Of a stretch of 64,000 nucleotides of DNA, positions 14,217 to 25,622 are shown piece after piece. A program made the translations under genes and the position numbers. Every line of letters starts with the position of its first letter. Position 1 is the first letter of the stretch. The stretch is from Octopus sinensis (taxonomy: Eukaryota), in assembly GCF_006345805.1 (NCBI RefSeq), contig NC_043015.1:31310001-31374000 (forward strand), written 5' to 3'. The notes under the pieces were generated by a model that saw nothing but the letters and a program-made list of their open reading frames with translations, did no database searches and was not told the DNA's origin.

Positions 14217-14626
14217 CATCATCATTGTTCGACTGTAGTCGAGACAATGGAACTTACCATGCTACGCCAGACTTCATGGTCCATCATAGCATCACAGAGG
14301 TCCTGTTGCTGGATGCCTGTATCCCTGGAGATTACATCAGGGTAGGAGAGTGTGCGCCCTCTGGTATCACAAGCAGATGGCTTCCAGAGGAGAAGAGTAG
14401 AGATTACCTCATTTTCAGCTCTACAACAATGTCCAGCAAACTGTACTCTTCTACCTTTCACAAGAGATGATACAGGTGGTAATTTCCCATATATTTGTAC
14501 TTTGGTTGGATGGCGCTTCCACAAGAGATTTTGAGCTCTCATAAGGAGGCGAGTGTAAGTTCCATCCAACTGCCTCTCAAGCTTCTTTGATAACATCCAG
14601 GTTTCTGAGCCATATAGTAAAATTGG
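14217..14626 (-). mobile_element. 5'-truncated RTE-clade LINE
   Basis: Minus-strand PILLYGSETW...RRVQFAGHC...WRSMV, a (TGA)n tail and a 12-bp TSD TTCCCTATTAAT (14205-14216 / 14627-14638). Confidence 0.9.
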
Positions 14627-15014
14627 TTCCCTATTAATAATCCTTTCTACTAAAGGCACAAGGGCTGAAATTTTGTGATAGGGGGCTAGTTGATTACATC
14701 AACCCCAGTGTTTCACTGGTACTCAATTTATTGACCCTGAAAGGATGAAAGGCAAAGTCAGCATTGGTGGAATTTGAACTCAGAACGTAAAGACAGATGA
14801 AATGCCACTAAACATTTTGCCTGATGTGCTAACGATTCTGCCAGCTCTCCACCTTCTTCCTTGTTAATAATAAGAGTAATTAATAATCATAATAATTTTT
14901 GTTTATTTTAGTTATTATTTTTTTTACCTTCTTTCCAGGATTAACAGTTTTAAGACTAACATATTTTTCCGTTATATTTCATTTATCGGATAATGTTATT
15001 TTAATTACCTCTAG

Positions 15015-15147
15015 AACTTTTAATACTTGCCGAAACAACCTTCAGACAAGAGTGACAAAGCTTTTTAGTAAAGCTCTCCAAACAGAAAAGGTTCCTCTAT
15101 CTACACAATATGGTGCACTTGTTGGTCTTGGAGAGCAAGGACAAGAG
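15015..15147 (+). CDS. TAF6: TAF6 exon (TFNTCRNNLQTRVTKLFSKAL...YGALVGLGEQGQE)
   Basis: ctctag| acceptor, GAG|gtaatg donor, 133 nt. Matches TAF6 NNIQSRITKTF...YGSIAGLAELG. Confidence 0.95.
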
Positions 15148-15293
15148 GTAATGTCAGACTTTTCTAAGCTACTATCTTATTTTCGTATTTATGTTTTTGT
15201 TTTTATGCTCTTGCTAAATTTCCTCCCCCCCCCCATCTTCTCTGCTCAGTTACTGACATCTAAACAAGGAAAACACTTCTCTCTACATTACAG

Positions 15294-15419
15294 GTTGTGA
15301 AAGCTTTCATTGTACCCCATTTGAAGGTTCTTGGTGACCGGTTAAAAGCAGTTATTGACAGCCCTGTTGTGAATAGTTTGGACAAGCTTGCTGTTGATCA
15401 CGTGAAAAAGATTTTGTTG
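15294..15419 (+). CDS. TAF6: TAF6 exon (VVKAFIVPHLKVLGDRLKAVIDSPVV...DHVKKILL)
   Basis: ttacag| acceptor, TTG|gtaatt donor, 126 nt in frame. Matches TAF6 VIKTLILPRL...DHVQSLLL. Confidence 0.93.
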
Positions 15420-15538
15420 GTAATTGTTTGTTTTTTTTTCAGTTCTGTTTTATTAATAATTCAACTGTTTTGGTTTTCATAAAGTATAAGAATTTTTTTT
15501 TAATGCTAAATTTTTCATTTCTTTTTGTTTATCCTTAA

Positions 15539-15759
15539 CCCTTTAGTGTTTAAACTGGCCAAATCTGGCCCAATATATTCTACATATTTTATATTCAAAC
15601 TGGCCATATCCAGCCTCTCACACCTAACCTACATTGACAGTCTAAAAATAAACAATTACATCATTGAAACCTCAAAGCTATAAGGTAATGCATGATTAAT
15701 TAAAAACAATTTAAATAAAAAAGCATTACATTTAACAGAGTAATCTGAACACTAAAGGG
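15539..15759. mobile_element. TTAA-flanked MITE, family A
   Basis: CCCTTTAG...CTAAAGGG between TTAA sites, 221 bp. Confidence 0.8.
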
Positions 15760-16054
15760 TTAAAACATGATAAGGATAAGATGACTGTAAATTTAGTTAA
15801 AGTGGTGGAAAACCAGAATCAGCTGTGAATTCAAACCCTTGGTGCAACAATTTACATTATGCTCCAGAGAAAGACAGATAATATCATTGTGTCAGTTGCC
15901 CTGAAAGACAATATTTTACAACTGTTTCACAAATGAGTAGTTAACAATAGGGAGACTACCATCATCATCATTTAATGTCTTTGTTCTATATGGAAATAAA
16001 GTTAGCCGATATTAATTTTTTCAGCTACAACATTTGAAAGCTGCCCTTCCTTAA

Positions 16055-16274
16055 CCCTTTCGTTACCAATCTGGCTGAAGCCGGCCCTGGCTCTGAGTAC
16101 AAATGTCTTGTTTTCATAAGTTCTGAATTAAAATCTTCCACCAACCTTAGTCACAATTTATGTTTCTAACACTAGCTGAATGATAACTAAGTTATTTTAT
16201 TAAATTCTTTGTTATATTTAATATTAATTGAAAGGAACACAAAGCATCTCAAAATAAATACAGTAACAAAAGGG
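16055..16274. mobile_element. TTAA-flanked piggyBac-type MITE, family B
   Basis: CCCTTTCGTTAC...GTAACAAAAGGG between TTAA sites, 220 bp, opposite orientation to the copies at 42-58 kb. Confidence 0.85.
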
Positions 16275-17640
16275 TTAATTTCAGTCAGTCCATTAGTATA
16301 GACTCACACCACATGGCTAAGACAACTGGCACCTCTCAATCACAATATTTTCACTTAATGGCAAAAGCAAATATCTGAAGAAGCTTCAACCACAATCAGA
16401 AAGGCTTAGAAAGAAAACAATAGAATTTACTTGCTGGTTATGTGGTTAGAGTAAAACGAAACACTTTGTCTTTGTCAATGTAACAAAGCCAGTAATAATG
16501 AATTATCTTGCACAAACACACACACACACTGCTGTGATCACTGTATACACACAGTTACACTTAGACAGTGTTTCTCTTGGCTTGTAATTACAAAAGAAAA
16601 CTTTCTGGTTTTGCAATGATAAATTTTATGTGACGTTTAGGTTGCTGACAATTTTCACCTTCATATTGAAAGCTGCTCATATCAAATTATTAGCGATTAC
16701 TTTTGACGAGGAAGAGTTTCAGAGTGGGGAGAAGAAGGAAGAGAGATGGTTACAGTCAACTGAACTAAATTCCTAGTATTTTACTGGTATCGCTTATAAC
16801 AATCATCATCATCGTTTAGCGTCCGCTTTCCATGCTAGCATGGGTTGGACAGTTCAACTGGGATCTGGGAAGCCAGAAGGCTGCACCAGGCTCCAGTCTG
16901 ATCTGGCAATGTTTCTACAGCTGGATGCCCTTCTTAATGCCAACCACTCCGAGAGTGTAGTGGGTGCTTTTTATGTGCCACCGACACAGGTGCCAGACGA
17001 GGCTGGCAAACAGCCATGATCGGATGGTGCTTTTTACGTGCCATCGGCACGGAGGCCAGACGAGGCTGGCAACGGCTATGATTGGATGGTGCTTATTACG
17101 TGCCACCGGCACGGAAATAAAATGAGATATAATGTCAAAGTCAACCTTGGCAGAATTTGAACTTGGATTTGTGATTATCATTCAACAATCTGGATGAATA
17201 AATTAGTTACAAACAGACAGACGGTCATAACGTACAAACATTTCTCATGGCACCAGTTTACACTGTTTACAGATGCTTACATTTTTATGTTTTCCATGAA
17301 TTTTTCATGGGTCCAGCTCATAAGACTAATTGTTACTGCCAATGTAGCTGTATTCGTGGTTGCTGCTGCCACAGTCATCAATGATGATGATTCAAAGTGA
17401 CGAGAGTTACTGTTGGGCAAACATTTAAAGAAAATATATTGGGTTAAGTAAGGTATACTAGCCATCTCAATATGGCTAACCACTAAGGGTGGGTGTTACT
17501 GTTGCTTGTTGCCCCAGGAGATCATCATCTCCAGCTGGCTCTAGGCACACTTTCTCCTGGGGCTACAAGCTACAGTAACACCCACCCTTAGTGGTTAGCC
17601 ATATTGAGATGGCTAGTATACCTTACATTGTCGTGCAGTT

Positions 17641-17848
17641 ACTCTCTCTTTCTCTTTTACTTGTTTCAGTCATTTGACTGCGGCCATGCTGGAGCACCGC
17701 CTTTAATCAAGCAACTTGACCCCGGGACTTATTCTTTTGTAAGCCCAGTACTTATTCTATCGGTCTCTTTTGCTGAACCGCTAAGTAACGGGGAGGGACA
17801 TAAACACACCAGCATCGGTTGTCAAGCAATGCTAGGGGACAAACACAG

Positions 17849-17887
<39 letters not shown>

Positions 17888-18048
17888 CGGGCTTCTTTCA
17901 GTTTCCGTCTACCAAATCCACTCACAAGGCATTGGTCAGCCCGGGGCTATAGCAGAAGACACTTGCCCAAGATGCCACGCAGTGGGACTGAACCTGGAAC
18001 CATGTGGTTGGTAAGCAAGCTACTTACCACACAGCCACTCCTGCGCCT
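17641..18048 (-). mobile_element. SINE family S1
   Basis: Full copy. Ends about 65 nt before the TAF6 exon at 18113. Confidence 0.85.
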
Positions 18049-18112
18049 ATACTGTTTACATCTTGTTCAGAGATTTATTATTTATTGTGTTTTTTTCCTT
18101 TTTTTTTTCCAG

Positions 18113-18280
18113 AAAGTTGTGCCACCTGTCCTGAAGAATACGAAAACAGGGAATGATTCTCTGGAAGACTACATGAAAGAATACGGATATCTTGGTCAGG
18201 CTTTACATACAGCTGTTGTTCAGGAGAGACAAACACCAATAGCAACTAACATGGCATCGACCATGACTACAGGCAGTAGT
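18113..18280 (+). CDS. TAF6: TAF6 exon (KVVPPVLK...DYMKEYGYLGQALHTAVV...)
   Basis: T-tract then ccag| acceptor, AGT|gtaagt donor, 168 nt in frame. Matches TAF6 KHCAPVL...YRAEFGSLG. Confidence 0.9.
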
Positions 18281-19377
18281 GTAAGTACTAAGTATTTTGC
18301 TTTGCTTTGCTTGGAAGGAGATTTAAGGAAATGTTGATTGTCGACACGGGGTTTCTTTTAAAAAGTTCTTCTGGTAATACATTCCAGCTGTTTACATTCT
18401 GAATTCAAAACCTGTCAAGGTTAACCTTGCTTCCCTCCGACTGAGGAGCCAGAAGGATGTAATAACAGTCAAGCGCTGATGTTGATTATTTAATCAACTG
18501 ATGATGAAGCTGCTAGGATTCTTTGTGTAAGGAACTATGGCTACGAATCCTGAACAAATCCTTTTAGTACTGCTTCTATTTTAAGTGCAAATGATTGTGT
18601 AAAGGAAATATGTGCTATGTCTGTTATTGTGCCCTATAGGATTAGTTCTTTTGCTCAATATAAAAGTATAGTCCAGTGTTTCTTATAAAAGAGGGAGCAC
18701 TGTGAGGGTTCAGAAAAGGGAGCAGACAAATGTTTAATTGAATTAAGATGGTTATTTTAAGTTTATCCAACACCATAATGAAGAAACAAAGATTATATAG
18801 ATGCAAGTTCTATTTTATCTTCTTGAGGACCAAGATATGTGGTGCATTGCTGCACTGAAGAAGACCTACCCACCACGACTGAATTTATATCCTAAAACCA
18901 AAATGCCACGTAAAAAGCATTGGTGTTAGTGCCAGGTAAAAACACTGATGCTGGTGAAACTGGGTAAACAGAAACTGCCTAGAAACCCATCAGATGGATT
19001 TTACCTGTAATTTAAAGGTATAGCCTTGAGACATACACTATGTCATGCTTACTCTACATAAGGATTATATTAATTGTGCACACGTCTGTGGGATACTCAG
19101 GCATTGTCATGCTAATTCAATAAGCAGGTAATTCATTGACTGAACAACTGAATCCTCATTATTTGAAATCAATAATTTTTTTGTGTGGGAGGAGGGGCGG
19201 TGGACTGATAGCCTAGTTTTGATTCCCGGCTGTAATTGATTCACATATATTGTTAATAGTATTCTTAAAGAAAGTAGGACCATCACGATTTATTTTTTCT
19301 GAATGTGACATGGTAAATTATCTTGTATTGACTTATCTTATATGTTACTGTTTTTCATTTTCTTTCCTTTTTTACAG

Positions 19378-19827
19378 ACAAGACAACCAATTTTGATCCA
19401 TTCTGGCAGCTCCACACAAACCAACATGACCTCCAGTGGAACTAACACACGTATTGTAACCCCATCAGGTGGAATGGCTCGCACACAAGGTCCCGGTCAA
19501 AACAAACTTGTAATCGTCACTCCTCCAACCCGTCCAACAGGAATGGGTGTTCAGACGTCTTGTTTCACTAGCGGCAGCAGCAATACATCGACACCTACCA
19601 TCGTGAAATTAGTCACAGCACCAAATACCAGCTCCAACAGTTCAAAGATTGTTGTCATGTCGGTTCCTTCAGGTGCAAATTCAAACTCACAAACTTGCTC
19701 TACCATAATGCAAACGAGCAGCACAAATACAGCAGCAGTTTCCACCACAACCCATGACATGGGCATGAAAAGCATTTTCAGTGCTACACCATCGATCGCT
19801 ATCAAGAAAGACCCCAACAGCCCCTAA
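19378..19827 (+). CDS. TAF6: TAF6 terminal exon, S/T/P-rich low-complexity tail ending in TAA
   Basis: tttacag| acceptor in phase 0 with the previous exon. 149 codons open to TAA at 19825-19827. TAF6 proteins end in an S/T/P-rich disordered tail. Confidence 0.85.
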   Translation, partial: TRQPILIHSGSSTQTNMTSSGTNTRIVTPSGGMARTQGPGQNKLVIVTPPTRPTGMGVQTSCFTSGSSNTSTPTIVKLVTAPNTSSNSSKIVVMSVPSGANSNSQTCSTIMQTSSTNTAAVSTTTHDMGMKSIFSATPSIAIKKDPNSP

Positions 19828-20169
19828 GGGTTTTTATTCTTGCTGCCACAAAAAAGTTATCAAATAATTATTTTTGATTGACTGTTGTTCCTGATGCAAT
19901 TAGGACAGACTTTGGACAGTCCTGAAAGAATCTTTTCAAAGATAAGTGGAGGAAAAAAAAAATGTCCATTTTAATACCCAGTGTTTACAGACTGAGGTGC
20001 TTTGAGGTGTTGGGGATAATCTTTATCAAGCATTTATCAAGATCTGGCTTAATGACCTAACAAATGATTATTGAGGCATTCAGTCAATTCAATCATTTCA
20101 TGCTACAATTAGACAAATTAAATGGTTTCAAAGACATGTTGTAGGATAAAAGAAATTTTATGCAATCAA

Positions 20170-20175
20170 AATAAA
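20170..20175 (+). promoter_or_regulatory. Candidate poly(A) signal for TAF6
   Basis: AATAAA about 340 nt after the stop codon. Usage not verified. Confidence 0.35.
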
Positions 20176-21509
20176 AGCCATTTCCAGTCTTCAACAAATA
20201 TTTTCAGGTGTACTCTGAAAAATTTCTCTCTTTGTTGTCGTTTATTAATTATACTTCAGTAAAGCAGTTTGGTACCGCTTGGTCTTCTTTGAGATGTTTC
20301 TCTAAGATAGAATATTACAGGTCGTGCCGTTCTGTTTTTTTTTTATATACATCATGAATATTATACACACTGATATTTTAATTTAAGGCTATTTCTAATG
20401 TGTATATTAATTCAATTCTAACCTTGTTAGCTGTGTTTATCGATTTCTATATCAGAACAAGCATTTTTTTGCTTAGCTCAAACTGTCTGAGGAGACACTG
20501 TGTCTGACATTCCACCAATGTTCTGAGCAAAGCCCTGTGTTTTTTTTTAACATGAGTTTTTTTTTAGATGTTTCTGAAACAAAATTGTTTTCGTATTTAC
20601 ATTCCCAATGAATGTAAGAAAAAAATCACCTTATACTTGAAAAATAGGTAAGGGCTGGTGGCATGAAGAGTAACCAGCCACAAAATTCTGCTTAGAAAAG
20701 TGGTTATAAAATCTACCAAATTCTAATCACAAGGTATTGCTCAGGTAGATAAAATTATAGATTACTAATTCAAATATCAAATATGTATTCATACCCCACT
20801 ATATGTTTCTGAATTTATTTCAGTGTAGGAGACTTAAATTTTTATAATCTCACTTCATCCAGCTTTGAGGAGTGAGCATCACTTGCAATGGACAGGTAAC
20901 GTATCTAGAGAGTGAGAGAGGTTTATCTCTTGTCCACTTAACGTTATTTAACTTGAATCCAATATTGATTTTTAGTAACTTTTGGAGTCTTTATCCTTAT
21001 ATATATAGGGGTAGCACACACTGTAGGCCACTGCTGAATACTTTGTCCTTACAGATTTCACTTTCTTATCAGGTGGTCTTAGTGCTTGGCATCATGGCCA
21101 AGTGTCCTCTTTCATAGCTTTGGGTCAACTGCTGAGAGAAAGAGGTGGACAGAAACCATGTGGTAAGCCCATTACTGTGTCACATCTTCACCATCATCTT
21201 TCTTTCTTTTCCAACTGTGGTATCCTTGAATCTCCCCTAGAGCAAGATACCTGTTCCTGTCCTATGATACTTTAGCCTCTGATCACCTGGCTAGCATGAA
21301 GACTGCTGCCATTTTAGGGAGTAGTACTTTTATTGTAGCCCTAGGTGCCAACCAAAACCTTGTGAGCAAAACTGATTGACAGAAACTGAAAGATGCCATA
21401 TATATATAAATGTATGTGTGTGTGCATACCCTTGTCTTGATACATGGTTCAAACAAGCATTGCTGTCATATAAATGATGATGTTTGTTTCCAGTCTGTGA
21501 AAAACATGA

Positions 21510-22190
21510 CTGGCCGTGCAGTCTTTTCTATGGCCAGATGCAGTTTTGCTTTCACAGCGTCCAGCAAAGCATAAGGAGTGCTCAAGACCCTTGTCTTCAA
21601 AATGAACCAAACAGAAAAGACCAATGGGTCAAGATTGTGGCTTTTGAGGGCCATACATCCTTGCCTATGAATGATGGAATGTTTGTCTGAATCCACTGTT
21701 TTGTCTGTTTGGAGCTGTGGGATGGTGCCGAGTCCTGTTGGAGCCTCCAAGGTGTGCCTTGAAAGTGCTCATTTCCTCATGGAAGCAGTTCAGCTCCCAG
21801 AATGTTACTAATGTATAACTGAGTGCTAATTTTAACACCCAAGGGCACAAAAATGAGGGGAGACTTTCCAGTAGCTGTCACAGCTACCCAAACCATAACT
21901 GACTGTGGATTTACATCGATTTATGAATCTACCTTCGATGGAGCCTGATGCATTCCAAAGTCAATCATTCTGTTGGTTTACTGTCAAAAATGTTTGATGT
22001 CCAAATTCCTTTCATGAGGGATCACCAGGTTGGGCAGCATACCTTCAGCAATCTGACACAGAATAAGGCAACTTATCAGTCTCATGAACTTATAAACTTG
22101 CGTGAGCTCATGACAGCGGTTCATCTTGTAGGGGTGAATCCTGAGATCCTCCTTCGACATTCAATACATTGATTAGCACCCTTGATTTGC
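21510..22190 (-). mobile_element. maT/DD37D-type mariner-like transposase remnant
   Basis: Minus-strand fragments KEDLRIHPYKM, NQQND*LWNASG, GVKISTQLYISNILGAELLP, QQDSAPS and PLVFSVWFILKTRVLSTP. Several stops and frameshifts. Confidence 0.75.
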
Positions 22191-22705
22191 TCTTCACTCA
22201 AGGTATGTACTGTCACCTAGTAGCCATATCTCAAACTATTGCTTTGTTGCGAGTTCACTGTTGCGCAGAACAATGACATAACTTTGTTTGCAGAGCGGTT
22301 TGAGAGTCTACAGCCTAATGATGTTGACATAGCAATGCAACAACAACTAGAAGTGCAGATGCAGACAAATCTTCCTTTGTTTAATAGATATAGGTAGCGC
22401 CTCGCAAGGACCGAAATCACACTGTACTAAGTTTTCTCATAGCGTAAGTTGTTTTGAACAGCTCGTAGGTTAATTGATTTGTGTATTTGCAAGATTTTTT
22501 GTCCTCACAAATTCTCCTACACTCTGCTTCGTGATGTCACTTCCGGTTCACAAAACTTTCTGTTATACATCAAATAAGGTGAGAAATTCTGCTTTCTTTC
22601 TTTTTTGTTTAATGAATAATAACTCATAGCAGTTTTGTTATAGCATAACATTATTCAAATGAATAGTTTTAATGAAAATAACTGGTTTTTATCGTTCGTT
22701 CCTAG

Positions 22706-23846
22706 ATGGGCCCAAGACCTCGCATGACCTTGGAGAGACGGTACGAGGCTCTCTCGTGGCGTGGGAAGCTGTCGGAGGCTGCAATAGCCAGAAAACTTGG
22801 TGTAGCCAGGCGCAAAATTCAGTGCTTATTTAAGAAATACGAGGAAACCGGATCAGCAGCTGACAAAAAGGGTAGGGGACGGAAGAGGCTGATGACCCAG
22901 CGGGAGGACCGGATGCTGATCCAAAAGTCACTGAACAACCAAAGGGCAACGAGCCGGCAACTGGCGGAGGAGATGCAAAAGGAGACAGGGAAGCAGTTGT
23001 CTACAACCACCGTCAAGACCAGATTACTGGAAGCTGGTCTAAAATTCTGTAGAGCCGCCCGTAAGCCACTCCTTACAGCCCAAAACCGGAAGAGGCAGCT
23101 GCTCTGGGCCCGTGCCCACAAGACATGGACCGTGCAGCAGTGGCGGACAGTGATGTTCACTGACGAGTCGCGATTCAGTCTCGTCAGTGACAAGCCTGTC
23201 CATGTGTGACGCCGCAGGGGTGAGCGCTTCAACAAAGACTGCATTGCTCCCACCATGAAGCATGGTGTGGGGGGCGTTCAGCTACAGTGGTGTTGGGCGG
23301 CTCTATGCCGTCGAAGGCAACATCAACGCAGCAAAGTACGTTGAGATAGTACGGCATGCTGCCTACCCGCTGCAGGATACCTCTTTGGTGGCGAGGAGTA
23401 CGTGCTCCAGCAGGACAACGCGCTCCCCACACAGCCAAGCTCACAACCGGTTTCTTCAAGGACCATGGGGTGACGGTCATGGACTGGCCTGGCCAGTCAC
23501 CTGATCTGAACCCTATTGAGAACCTCTGGAGTCAATTGGGTAGGGATTTGAATGTGCAGCAATACAGGAACCGACACGAGCTGTTTGGGGCACTTCTTGC
23601 TGCATGGAGGGCCATCCCTGCAGGCACTCATAGACAGCATGCTGGCCCGCGTAGCAGCTGTCATTGCTGCCAAAGCAGGAGCAACAAGATATTGACTAAA
23701 TTTCAGGATTAATAACAATTATGTGGTATGCTGGGATATGTTTTAATAAATTTTTGATTAAAAACGAGTTTGTTTCTGATGATAAGCTAATTAAATTAAG
23801 AAAATGTAGAAATTTGAGAAGTGCTAATTAATTTCTGATGCAAGTG
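22706..23846 (+). mobile_element. Tc1-family (DD34E) transposon with a disrupted transposase (22706-23695)
   Basis: HTH N-terminus, VMFTDESRF, QQDNA and WPGQSPDLNPIENLW motifs, with 34 residues between D and E once one frameshift is corrected. Premature TGA at 23207 plus frameshifts. Right end ...gcaagtg|TA; no left TIR recognised. Confidence 0.92.
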
Positions 23847-23909
23847 TATATATATATATATAGAGAGAGAGAGAGTCAAAACAAACATTAAATATAATAA
23901 AAGGGTAGG

Positions 23910-23946
23910 TTTTTAATGTTACAAGCGTAGCTCTTCATCAGAAAGA
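23910..23946 (-). mobile_element. Decayed hammerhead motif of the same family as 51527-51564
   Basis: Minus strand TCTTT CTGATGA AGAGC-TAC-GCTT GTAACATT AAAAA. Confidence 0.4.
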
Positions 23947-25012
23947 GGAGAAAGGAAAGGTTTGGAGGAATTAAAAAAGTCCAGGAAAAGCGTGTGTGTG
24001 GTTACATATCTGAAATGACCAGAAGTGGAGAGAGATATGGAAAGTGGTTTATAGAACAGGAGAGTGCAAAAATGGCTAGTGTGTGTTTATGTGAGTAATA
24101 TATGTGTAAAGGAGTGGTGTTGACAAACTGGTTGGCAGCCGCTGTTCAATTCAGTGGTGAGAGTGCATGTGTATGTATATATGTGTGTATGTGGGAGCAT
24201 GTGTGGGTGTAAGTAGCAATGTGACAAGTGTCTGAGTGCATTTGTATCATTGTGTGTACATATGTTTGGTGGGGGGTGTCTATAAGTGTGTGTATACATG
24301 TGTGCATATGTATGTGTGTGTAGGGTTCTTCTTGTACGTCAAGATATGGAAATGTATGTGTGCAGTAGGTGTGTGTGTATTGTAGGAGTAGGAGTACAAG
24401 CTACGTATGCGGGTGTGTAGAAGTGTGGGGAAGAGAAATAAAAATTAAAAGTCAATACAAATTTTTACAAAAAATTTTTAAAAAGTGTGTGGAAGATGTT
24501 ACTGGAACGAGTTGATCATGTTTAGTCCAAAATGACTTTGGGTCTGTAGAGGGAAGATGTAGCACTGTTCAAGGTGAAGTCTGGCAGAGGTGAGTCTTTG
24601 GTGCAAGACAAGGCTGAAAACTGTGGTGTGGTGTGAAGTAGCCAACAGAGCTAAAATGATGGGCAACAGGGGTATTTTTCCATAGCCAGATGTCCCATAG
24701 GTGTTTGGTGAATTGATATATATCATCTGGCCCCTGTGCCGGTGGCACATAAAAAGCACCATCCGATCGTGGCCGTTTGCCAGCCTCGTCTGGCACCTGT
24801 GCAGGTGGCATGTAAAAAGCACCCACTACACTCATGGAGTGGTTGGCGTTAGGAAGGGCATCCAACTGTAGAAACACTGCCAGACCCCAGCTAAACCGTC
24901 CAACCCATGCTAGCATGGAAAACGGACGTTAAACAATGATGATGATGATATTCTTTTATTTGTTTCTGTCATTTTACTGCAGCCTTGCTAAAGAACCATC
25001 TTTATATATATA

Positions 25013-25581
25013 TTGGGTTGTCCGGAAAGTTCATGCCAATTTTTAAAAGAAAGATAAAGGTCAATAAATACTTGCCATTACATATTTAATCAACCAAATA
25101 TGAACCATTTTGCTGCACAATGCATCTCCATCTTTCCTTTAGCTTGAAAATACAATACCCGCTTCCCAGAATTGTGGGGGTTTCATGGCAAAGAATTCAT
25201 CAAGGTATCTTTTTACGTCATCCAAGGAATTGAAATTTTTACCATTAAGACTATTCTGCAGAGATCTGAATAAGTGGAAATCCAAAGGAGCAATATCTAT
25301 TGAATATGGAGGGTGGGGTAACACATCCCAGCCGAGCTGCAGCAATTTTTGTCTGGTTCCCAAAGCACCAAATGCCGAAAATGAACTTTCTTATCTTCCA
25401 TTTTAAAGGGTTACAGAATTAACACAGGTTATAAGAACATAAATCTCCTTCCACGAAAAGACAGCTTAAACTGTGCTCTAAATGGAGGTGTAGTCAAATC
25501 CTATTTTATGGACTCAACCACGTTCTAAAATAAGTCGAAAGGTAAGCTCTTATAAATCAGCACAAACTTTCTAGACAACCC

Positions 25582-25583
<2 letters not shown>
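25013..25583 (-). mobile_element. mariner (DD34D) deletion derivative
   Basis: About 30-bp TIRs (TTGGGTTGTCCGGAAAGTT / TAGGGTTGTCTAGAAAGTT) flanked by TA. N-terminal MEDKKVHFRHLVLWE is fused directly to C-terminal LGWDVLPHPPYSIDIAPLDFHLFRSLQN. Confidence 0.9.

Positions 25584-25622
<39 letters not shown>

Noticed and set aside
19551-19817. Antisense ORFs (also 22819-23256 and 58384-58626)
   Set aside because: They are shadow frames of the TAF6 last exon, the Tc1 transposase and the eIF4A last exon.
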